DNA from: a virus
Lineage: Duplodnaviria; Caudoviricetes
Virus record (IMG/VR): IMGVR_UViG_3300014656_000036
Span: 1-52,888 of that record
Strand: one strand, 5' to 3'
DNA length: 52,888 nucleotides
Part shown: positions 9,046 to 16,717 of the stretch, piece after piece
How the letters are laid out: the number at the start of each line of letters is the position of its first letter
How positions within the stretch are numbered: position 1 is the stretch's first letter
The notes under the pieces: generated by a model
Told to the model about the DNA's origin: nothing
Database searches by the model: none
Seen by the model: only the letters and a program-made list of their open reading frames with translations
Position numbers and translations under genes: made by a program

Positions 9046-10036
9046 CGTTTAACTTCCTCTCTATGGATGTTCTCAGTATAAAGGAATGGATTGCAGCAGT
9101 ATCAATGCGTATCCATTTACTTATAGCACAAAGTAACAAATCTGCCAGCACAGTTCCTCCGCCAAGAGTATCATAAATCTCACCTACAATTTTGGCCGGG
9201 TCGGCTTGTCCTGCAGATTCACGAACACTGCATTCTATTGCTCTACAAAAAGCAATCGCTGCTGGTAGTGCTACTTTATTTATAGCAGTGTAATTATTTT
9301 TCCAATCAACTTTAGCGTGCAATCCTATGTCAAACTTTGCAGCTTCAATGCACTTCTCAAAATTTCTATCGTAGATGTGTTCACTTCCTGCTTGATGAAT
9401 ATAAACTCCCGGCTGAATGCCAATTTCATCTGCAATAATTTTCTGCAAAGTAGTAAAAGCAAAAACATCATAAGGCAGGCCGAGCCAAGCATCATTGGAA
9501 CGCATAGTAGCTATTAGATTTAACTTGGCATCTCTGATGAGGAACTGAAGGGATAGTGTGCAGGGAATATCCTTATGTTCACCAGTAATTCCGTATAATA
9601 AATCGCAGGAATTATACATCGTAACCACAGCTTGTCGACTGGAGGGCTTCTTCTTGAGCAGTTCTATTAAAGCAGTTATTTGTGATTGATGTTGTGGTAG
9701 ATGAGAAGGATAAACACCGTATTTCCATCGGTGACCATAAGCTCCAAATGCTATGCCATTCTCAGCGAAACGTGCATATTGTGGAGCATACGCTTTAATC
9801 ATCTTAATTTTTGGACTGCCGAATAGATACCATAAAACTTCAGCAGCACCATATTGAGCAGAAAGCTTGCGGGTTTTATTCTGAAGGAAATTGCTGTTAA
9901 TGTTCGTCAACAGCAATTGATACCCAAGAATTTCTCGGGTGTTACTATCCCTGCTGTCTATTTGATGTCCTTCGTTGACTATGAAACTAAGAGTGCTACG
10001 CCAAGCGTCATCGAGATTCGTGTCTACGAATTGCAT
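9032..10036 (-). CDS. thymidylate-synthase-fold pyrimidine hydroxymethylase (dCMP hydroxymethylase-like)
   Basis: AEVLWY, AYGHRW, SRQAV, KDIPCT (Cys159), MRSNDAWLGLPYD (Asp190 at the E. coli ThyA Asn177 position), GSEHIY. Confidence 0.8.
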   Translation of the reverse strand: MQFVDTNLDDAWRSTLSFIVNEGHQIDSRDSNTREILGYQLLLTNINSNFLQNKTRKLSAQYGAAEVLWYLFGSPKIKMIKAYAPQYARFAENGIAFGAYGHRWKYGVYPSHLPQHQSQITALIELLKKKPSSRQAVVTMYNSCDLLYGITGEHKDIPCTLSLQFLIRDAKLNLIATMRSNDAWLGLPYDVFAFTTLQKIIADEIGIQPGVYIHQAGSEHIYDRNFEKCIEAAKFDIGLHAKVDWKNNYTAINKVALPAAIAFCRAIECSVRESAGQADPAKIVGEIYDTLGGGTVLADLLLCAISKWIRIDTAAIHSFILRTSIERKLNDGKE

Positions 10037-10571
10037 TGGAATCCTCCGTGACTAAAATTCTGCCGTTCCATCGGCGAGCTATGACATCATAACTCTGCTT
10101 ATTGGAAATCGTTTTCACTGTGAGAACCTGCCTTCCCCATTTCAAAGCTTCTTTATGGTTTATACTTAAATCATTGCTGTCATTAAACAGCAAATCTATT
10201 TTGTTATCTTTTATTGCTCCTCCTCTATCAAATACCGGCACAGGTTTATTATTGTTATATCCGGGGATAAGAAGCATAGTGCCGAATGGAACATTTCGTG
10301 CGGCTGCTACCAGCTTATTTCCGTCGCCCAGCTTAACCTTGTATCCACTGGCGGTTATACCGAATGCCGGATGATTAACATCCTTGCCACAGCATTTCTT
10401 GCATAGGCAATAAGCTGAAACATTAGCTGTAAAAGACGCCTCGCCAGAGGAAGATGAGAAATGTTGTAGGAGGTTTGGTGTCTTCTCTGACGAGGCAAGA
10501 ATGGTAGATGTAACAAGCAAAAGAGCTACTAAAATAGCAACAAATATCAAGATATATTTTAAGCGATTCAT
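10008..10571 (-). CDS. 3D-domain peptidoglycan hydrolase with N-terminal signal/anchor (endolysin candidate)
   Basis: SAYC...GITASG...VAA...VPFGT..LIPGY...DRGGAIKDNKIDL...ALKWGRQ; hydrophobic N-terminus; GGAGG RBS before ATG 10571. Confidence 0.8.
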   Translation of the reverse strand: MNRLKYILIFVAILVALLLVTSTILASSEKTPNLLQHFSSSSGEASFTANVSAYCLCKKCCGKDVNHPAFGITASGYKVKLGDGNKLVAAARNVPFGTMLLIPGYNNNKPVPVFDRGGAIKDNKIDLLFNDSNDLSINHKEALKWGRQVLTVKTISNKQSYDVIARRWNGRILVTEDSNAIRRHESR

Positions 10572-11410
10572 TATTCCTCCAATTGGTCTTTCGTGCAATC
10601 GTTAGCTTTTTTGTCATCTCGCCATCTAATGAAGCGAGGGAAATTTAGCTTACCGTTCGCAGCTACACAATCATATTTCACTTCGCATACTCTACCAAGC
10701 AAAGTTTCTGGCTTAATTTCCCAACGAAAATCATCACTGAATCCAGAACCGACAGATGCGATTTTTACCAGCTTGTGATTATCTCTAACCGCTACCTGCA
10801 CAGCTTTAAGAGCTCCATACTTTGTATCACTCTCAGATTTTGTAAAACCTATAACTACGCAATCAACTGTCTTCGTAGGTTTAAGTTTATACCATCCAGA
10901 ATGATGTCGCTCTTTGAGAACCCATCCCTCTAAATGTTTTGCTGTTGCTAATTTCAAATAAATCTGCTGTTCCTTTTCAGATAATTTGTGCGGCTGCAAA
11001 AATTCAGTCCATTCAGGAGGACAAATATGCTCTCGCTGAAGAGATTTTAATATACACATTTCACTGATAGAAACATCTTCGCCACAATAGGTATGCAGAC
11101 AAAACGGGCCGATTAACAGCCGATTGTCGCCATCATTAAGCAGCGTTGGAATAGATGTTGCAAATATTCCTTCCGCATAAAGCTCCGCTTCAAATATAGT
11201 GCCAGCAGGCAAAGACAGAAGACTCTTTTCTAATGTCTTGCAGCATCTTAACTTCGGCCAGATATTTTCGGTTTGAATTTTTGTGTATATTTGTATATCG
11301 TCTTTCTGGCCACGATACACCTGTATATAATGGCCGTTCAATTTGTGCTGAACATACTTCACTATCTGTCCGTGATAGTGATGAAATTTTGGCAATGGTA
11401 GTAAATTCAT
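10571..11410 (-). CDS. ATP-dependent DNA ligase
   Basis: QHKLNG (motif I variant), EAELY, EGWVLK, WYKLKP, VGSGFSD, FPRFIRWRDDK. Confidence 0.88.
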   Translation of the reverse strand: MNLLPLPKFHHYHGQIVKYVQHKLNGHYIQVYRGQKDDIQIYTKIQTENIWPKLRCCKTLEKSLLSLPAGTIFEAELYAEGIFATSIPTLLNDGDNRLLIGPFCLHTYCGEDVSISEMCILKSLQREHICPPEWTEFLQPHKLSEKEQQIYLKLATAKHLEGWVLKERHHSGWYKLKPTKTVDCVVIGFTKSESDTKYGALKAVQVAVRDNHKLVKIASVGSGFSDDFRWEIKPETLLGRVCEVKYDCVAANGKLNFPRFIRWRDDKKANDCTKDQLEE

Positions 11411-11745
11411 TTTACGCGGATTCCTAAACGACGAAGCTGTTGTTTAACCTGCAAATACTTTTGCACTCTGCCCATAATATCCTTGACGCCGGCTCTTTCT
11501 TTAGAAACATCTTTGATATCTTGTTCAGCCATTGCAATTTTTTCTGGAGCGTGAAGAACAGCGTGGTCAAGCTCTACTTGCCGTTTGCGTAAATCTTCGA
11601 TGTCTTTTGCAATGCGAGCAGAAGTGTCTTTATAGTTTCTTTGAATACTTGTGTAATGGTTGATGATTGCCTTGTCGCAAGATTCTCGTTCAGCAAGGTT
11701 GTGCAGTTTGATTTTCTTTTGAATGTCAGTTAATTTCTTTGCCAT
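11407..11745 (-). CDS. hypothetical coiled-coil protein
   Basis: RBS-led ORF in the operon, charged helical sequence. Confidence 0.7.
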   Translation of the reverse strand: MAKKLTDIQKKIKLHNLAERESCDKAIINHYTSIQRNYKDTSARIAKDIEDLRKRQVELDHAVLHAPEKIAMAEQDIKDVSKERAGVKDIMGRVQKYLQVKQQLRRLGIRVK

Positions 11746-11791
11746 TCTTAGCCCTTTCTAATTCTATCTCTATTTTATTCGTGAAAGAACA

Positions 11792-11824
11792 GCCAGTGCC
11801 GGTCTCGGTCTAACCGGCACTGGC
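11792..11824 (-). terminator. intrinsic terminator
   Basis: 12-bp perfect stem GCCAGTGCCGGT/ACCGGCACTGGC followed on minus by TGTTCTTT. Confidence 0.7.
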
Positions 11825-11839
11825 ATACGACCCGGGAAT

Positions 11840-12370
11840 CTATGCTTCTTGTGTTTGCTCTTCCGCATCCAATTCTTCGATGCTGATACCATCGGCGACG
11901 AGTTCGCCTTTGAGCTTCGCAAGAGTTTCCTGCATCCGCTCGATTTTCTTGACTTTGCGACGTGTTGCCGCATCGCCGAATTTGCTCAGCTTCGTGGCCT
12001 TGTCACGGAGGGATTCAACTGCCTGTAACATACGCTGAGCACGACCCTCGATTGTGAGTGCCTTGTAAAGCAGGTATGTCGGCTCATCGCCGAAATCCTT
12101 CTTTGCAAGACCCTTGTTTGTTTTCGCATCCCAGCCCTGATAGATGACTTTATCGCCATCTTTGACTGTCAGCGGCAGTGCGATAAGCTTTCCGTCCTTG
12201 TTGAGGGCCGACTGCAATTTCACATCCTTTGTGGGCTTTCCTTCCTTGTCCAAAACCGGCAGGATTGCCTTTGCAGTAGAAATGTCGAAGGCGACGCGAC
12301 CTTTCTTTTTCTGCTCACCCTCTTGAGCTTGTCCTGAACCCTGTGCTACTTTCTTGCTTTGCTTTGCCAT
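11840..12370 (-). CDS. Lys-rich hypothetical protein
   Basis: 176-aa ORF with RBS, flanked by hairpins. Confidence 0.75.
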   Translation of the reverse strand: MAKQSKKVAQGSGQAQEGEQKKKGRVAFDISTAKAILPVLDKEGKPTKDVKLQSALNKDGKLIALPLTVKDGDKVIYQGWDAKTNKGLAKKDFGDEPTYLLYKALTIEGRAQRMLQAVESLRDKATKLSKFGDAATRRKVKKIERMQETLAKLKGELVADGISIEELDAEEQTQEA

Positions 12371-12421
12371 TGTGTGACCCTTTCTAATTCTAACATTATA
12401 GTTTAACTTTTCCGGCTTATT

Positions 12422-12469
12422 ACAGCCACTACTTTCCGCACCTTGTTAGGAGAGAAAAGTAGTGGCTGT
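12422..12469 (-). terminator. stem-loop between small basic-protein genes
   Basis: 14-bp inverted repeat ACAGCCACTACTTT/AAAGTAGTGGCTGT. Confidence 0.55.
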
Positions 12470-12517
12470 GAACCACTACCGCACACTGGAGGCTAAGACC
12501 AGTAGGCAAAACCGAGC

Positions 12518-12808
12518 TTATTTGTTTAGATACGGAGCCAGCTCTTTCTCGAGTCGTGCAAGCTGCCGCTGAAGGCGATTTGCTTTTGGGGCAGATTTTG
12601 TCTGCCGAATAACTTGCTCGGTTGAAGCTATTCCTGTGCTTACACAGCTTGAAGCGAAGGTGACAATATGCAGCACTCTATTAAGTGCTTTGCCAGCACA
12701 CTTCAGCGAGCGACGCACAGATTGCAGGGTGTTACCTTTGCGAGCGACTCGACGATGTTTACGGTGCTTGCTACCATCGTTCTTTTTGCGATTTTGCTTT
12801 GCCATCAT
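12518..12808 (-). CDS. very basic hypothetical protein
   Basis: AGGA RBS before MMAKQNRKK; directly downstream of a sigma70-type promoter. Confidence 0.7.
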   Translation of the reverse strand: MMAKQNRKKNDGSKHRKHRRVARKGNTLQSVRRSLKCAGKALNRVLHIVTFASSCVSTGIASTEQVIRQTKSAPKANRLQRQLARLEKELAPYLNK

Positions 12809-12869
12809 TATTTCCTTTCTATCACTTTTCAAAGAATTTGGTTCAGTGGTTTACACCACTACTATATTA

Positions 12870-12898
12870 AGTATAACAGTGTTATCGTCATAAAGCAA
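12870..12898 (-). promoter_or_regulatory. sigma70-type promoter
   Basis: TTGCTT-17 bp-TATACT with TG extension and AT-rich upstream tract. Confidence 0.75.
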
Positions 12899-12986
12899 TC
12901 AAAAACTTAAATTTTTCTTGAAATTTCTTAAAATTTTTTATATTTTCGCACCTGCCATATTCCTTCTTAAATGGCGTCGTAAAGCG

Positions 12987-13005
12987 TCGTATAAGCGATA
13001 AACGA
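12987..13005 (+). repeat. 19-bp motif copy 2
   Basis: TCGTATAAGCGATAAACGA. Confidence 0.85.
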
Positions 13006-13012
13006 CTCATAA

Positions 13013-14992
13013 TCAGGGTAAATGCACCCTGCCAACAGGTTTTCCATCGGGCAATATGGCAGGTTTATCACTATTGGCTTCGGCCCAGCTATTTGCGGAG
13101 ATACCCATTTCTGTGACAATAGGAATACGAAACTTAACAGAAGGATTCTCCATATTAAGTTTTATGAACTTCCACGTGCTCTGTTCATAAAGCGATTCAA
13201 GTGGAACTTTGTTTAATAGCTCATCGTGGACATTAGCTCCTATTGTTAATCCTATTTTCTTTGATTCATCATTATAGCGTGGTGAAAGTTTAATCATTGC
13301 TTCTTTCATCACGTCCATTGCTAATCCTTGAATAATAGCATTGAATGCTTTATGGCACTGGTTAGGTGGAAGATGTCTGCGGCGACCATAAGCATTGAAA
13401 ACGTATCCACGGAATTTCGCTACTTCCATTGCTTCTCGCGACGTGCTTTTAATTCCCGGAAATTTTTCGTGATACGCATTATAACTTTCCTCTGACCGGG
13501 TCACGCATTCCGCTATAAATGCAGCGTGCCGTTGACTTTCTGCTATATGACCCAGCTCTATTTCCTTATTTATATGCCCTCCTATTTCTTCGATAATAGA
13601 AGGGTCTGAAGCTAACCGGCCAACGACACCTTTCTTTCCTTGGCCATAAGCCATTCCAAAATTCAATGTCTTTGCTCTCTTACGAACAACACCTATCATA
13701 TCTGCAACCCATTGATGAAAATCTGTATTAGGATTTTCACAGTATGCTTTAATCGCAGCTTCATCTTTGATATAGTGTATGATAAGCCGAAATTCTATTT
13801 GTGAATAGTCATTAGATATAAAACCCAAACCTTTCTCTGGATGAATAAGTGCCTTGGACCATTTATTTTGCTGTTGAGAATTAGGCCTCTTTGCAGACAT
13901 CCTACCAGTGCGGACAATTTGATTGTATGTCGTATGAACTTTGTATTCATCATCACAAAGTTCAAGGAAAGGATTAAGAAATAGGCCATTCTTTTGTGAA
14001 GCATCACGATACTTAATTATAGAGTCAAGTAGTTCTTTGAATTTTGGCGTTGCAGTAGTTAAAGGATGAGCTTGATATATTAGCAAAGCATCTTCATCAA
14101 ATGTCGGCTTGCCTGTATCTATAATTTGTCCTTTTTTCCGTTCTTTCTTTGTAGCCAGAATAGGATACCCGCACTGATTTATGAGGATATCGAATATGCA
14201 GTTATTAGAATTAGTAAATTCTCTATCCGCAATTTGTTGAATTTTTGTGCCTTCATTTATCATTACAGTTAAACACTTAACAGATTCTTTCTTGCATTGA
14301 ATAGGGTCAATCTGCAAGCCCTCTTTCTCCATATCATACAGAACAGGAGTAAGCTTTGCTTCATTTTCCCATACTCTTGAAAGGTCTGCTGGTATATTGG
14401 CTTGCAGAAATCTATATAATTTCCTTGTCATCACAACATCATCTGTGCCATAATCTCCCATAATATCCGCAGGCACATCTGCAAAGTTCTTTGATTTTAT
14501 TCCTTCAAGATAAGCAGATACTCTGTCAGAAGCAGATGTATCAAACCCCAGCCAGTCACGGCACATCGGTTTAAGTTCGTGGTTTATTCTATCGCTGTCG
14601 TGAAGTTTAGCATACGTTTTTACACAGATGAGACGATTGCGAAATTCGGCTCCGTCAAAGCTGCAAAACATAGCGTCAAAAACTATGCTGTGATTTATTA
14701 GTTCTTGGCAAGAACCGACAATGTCTTTAAGCCACTGTTGAAATTTATCTAATGGAATATTCCATTTTTGATTTGTATGTCTGACGGGTATGTAAAATAC
14801 TTCGGGTTTATCTTCAACTGAAACGCTTACACCACAAATTCTATCACCCTTCCAAGGATAATATCCTCCGTGTTTCGGGTGGTCAAAGACGCGTTTAGTT
14901 TCAACGTCTAAGAATAGTTCCTTTGCATTCTGAAGATTAGGCAGGTCAGCAGGTGTTTGAATCAAAAATTTATTGTCTTTTAATTTGAGCAT
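13013..14992 (-). CDS. polA: family A DNA polymerase with 3'-5' exonuclease
   Basis: LDVET exo I, TGRMS..RPNSQQ, DYSQIEFR, RKRAKTLNFGMAYG (Phe at the 762-equivalent), IIQGLAMD, NVHDEL. Confidence 0.95.
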   Translation of the reverse strand: MLKLKDNKFLIQTPADLPNLQNAKELFLDVETKRVFDHPKHGGYYPWKGDRICGVSVSVEDKPEVFYIPVRHTNQKWNIPLDKFQQWLKDIVGSCQELINHSIVFDAMFCSFDGAEFRNRLICVKTYAKLHDSDRINHELKPMCRDWLGFDTSASDRVSAYLEGIKSKNFADVPADIMGDYGTDDVVMTRKLYRFLQANIPADLSRVWENEAKLTPVLYDMEKEGLQIDPIQCKKESVKCLTVMINEGTKIQQIADREFTNSNNCIFDILINQCGYPILATKKERKKGQIIDTGKPTFDEDALLIYQAHPLTTATPKFKELLDSIIKYRDASQKNGLFLNPFLELCDDEYKVHTTYNQIVRTGRMSAKRPNSQQQNKWSKALIHPEKGLGFISNDYSQIEFRLIIHYIKDEAAIKAYCENPNTDFHQWVADMIGVVRKRAKTLNFGMAYGQGKKGVVGRLASDPSIIEEIGGHINKEIELGHIAESQRHAAFIAECVTRSEESYNAYHEKFPGIKSTSREAMEVAKFRGYVFNAYGRRRHLPPNQCHKAFNAIIQGLAMDVMKEAMIKLSPRYNDESKKIGLTIGANVHDELLNKVPLESLYEQSTWKFIKLNMENPSVKFRIPIVTEMGISANSWAEANSDKPAILPDGKPVGRVHLP

Positions 14993-15536
14993 TTTCCAAA
15001 GCCATTAGAATTTCTTTATGAACTGTTTCTAAATCATCAGATGCTATTATTTCCAAATCTAAGTCGTGCAATAAATCTTCAAGCTGTTGTTTAGTAATAA
15101 CTTTAATGCCAGCATCTAATAGAATTTTCTCGCCACGAACGTCGTGTTCTGTGAGAATATCCCTAAAGACTCCTTGAACAATGCCAGAGTCAACAATTAT
15201 ATTGGCACAGTTTGTGCAGGGTGAATAAGTGCAGACCATCCAAACCTTTTCATTGAGAACCATTTCTGTTCGTGCAAAACCTTTGAGATGCTGCATAATC
15301 GCTCTTGGTTCTGCGTGACTGCATCCACAATTTCCTTTCTCATTTGAACAAACATTATTGAAACTCGGCCCATTATAAACGACTTTGCTATCTATCATCA
15401 TTTCATCTTCAAAGCTTACTAATCGACAGCCGACTGCTTTTCTTTTGCAGGTTTGGTTCTGTTCTGCAACTTCAAGAATAACTTTGAAACTATTAAGAAT
15501 ATTTTTTATTTGTGCTACTAAGATTTCTCTGAGCAT
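14970..15536 (-). CDS. dCMP deaminase
   Basis: TCKRKAVGC, YNG, HAEPRAI, SPCTNCANII. Confidence 0.85.
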   Translation of the reverse strand: MLREILVAQIKNILNSFKVILEVAEQNQTCKRKAVGCRLVSFEDEMMIDSKVVYNGPSFNNVCSNEKGNCGCSHAEPRAIMQHLKGFARTEMVLNEKVWMVCTYSPCTNCANIIVDSGIVQGVFRDILTEHDVRGEKILLDAGIKVITKQQLEDLLHDLDLEIIASDDLETVHKEILMALENAQIKRQ

Positions 15537-16054
15537 TTTCGTTTCCTTTCAAGCCATTCATTTATCCACATCTTTAGAATAGTATCATTAGGATAATTGA
15601 ATTCAGAAAATTTTCTTGGGCTAATATCCCAGCCAAAATCATAATGAGGTTGAAGAGGAGCCATCCTATGTATGATGCGAATAAAATCTCTGTTCCGCTC
15701 TATAAGCTGTTTATTATCAAACATCTGTTTGCGTCCATCTTGCAATTTCTGCTCGTATGCACGTTCATCACTGCAATACATAATTATAATGAGCGAACCT
15801 ACTTCTTGCAGCCATTTTTCTATTACAGGCAAAGTTTGTCTTGTTATTTTGTTCTTATGATATACTATGCCTCCTATATGAAATCTATCTCTGACAAAAT
15901 TAGCATCTATCATAGGTTTATAATCGAGGAAAAAATTAAATGTATTTTCATCTGGTCGCCCTAAATGTTCATACGTTGTTCCGGGACAAAGTTCAACCAT
16001 TCGTTTCGCCATAGTAGTTTTGCCGGTATTATCACTGCCTTCTATAATTAACAT
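15518..16054 (-). CDS. P-loop dNMP kinase (thymidylate-kinase-like)
   Basis: IIEGSDNTGKTT and VRDRFHIGGIVY. Confidence 0.8.
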   Translation of the reverse strand: MLIIEGSDNTGKTTMAKRMVELCPGTTYEHLGRPDENTFNFFLDYKPMIDANFVRDRFHIGGIVYHKNKITRQTLPVIEKWLQEVGSLIIIMYCSDERAYEQKLQDGRKQMFDNKQLIERNRDFIRIIHRMAPLQPHYDFGWDISPRKFSEFNYPNDTILKMWINEWLERKRKCSEKS

Positions 16055-16716
16055 CTTTGCAATTCCTCCACTGCGAAAGATGAACTGTCCATATAATCTT
16101 CAATATTATTATTAAAGATAGAAACAGGAATTAAAATTACGTCGTGAAAATTATCCTTCTTTGGCCTTCCACAAACAGCACCTTCGTATTCTATTTTTGT
16201 TAATGTTCTAACCTTTGTATGTAATGGAAACTTTCTATATGCTTGCAGAATTCCTGCAATGTCTGGCTTCTTCCAGTTTTTTCCTTTATTTCTTAATCGG
16301 GCATCTACTAATTTATTTCGTGGTTCTTTCTGCATATTCGCCCATTGTATTTCTTCAAAGATTTCACTAAGAGGTATATCATCAGATACAGCAGCGCCAA
16401 GAACTACATAAGTTAAATCTCCGAGGCCATCTGCATAAGCAGTTTCATCTAATCGAGACATAGCTAATATAGTTTCTCCAAGTTCTTCAAGCATTAAATG
16501 AGTTCGCCATAGACGACAATCTTTTCTTTGCTCCTGCCAAATCATAGCTCGTTTAAGTATTTTCTTTGAAAGCCATAAAATTAAAAATCCTATCAGCCAT
16601 AAAAACAATTTTGCAAATTTTGAAGCTCTTTTGTTTTCTTCCGCCAGAGTCGTGCCAACAACGAAACCGTGTTTATAATGAAATTCTGTTATGCCATCCA
16701 TAGCTTTTTGTAACAT
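16048..16716 (-). CDS. MazG-like all-alpha NTP pyrophosphohydrolase
   Basis: EFHYKHG, LMLEELGET, ADGLGDLTYVVLG, FEEIQWANMQK, KGKNWKKPDI; GGAG RBS before ATG 16716. Confidence 0.78.
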   Translation of the reverse strand: MLQKAMDGITEFHYKHGFVVGTTLAEENKRASKFAKLFLWLIGFLILWLSKKILKRAMIWQEQRKDCRLWRTHLMLEELGETILAMSRLDETAYADGLGDLTYVVLGAAVSDDIPLSEIFEEIQWANMQKEPRNKLVDARLRNKGKNWKKPDIAGILQAYRKFPLHTKVRTLTKIEYEGAVCGRPKKDNFHDVILIPVSIFNNNIEDYMDSSSFAVEELQRC

Positions 16717-16717
16717 T

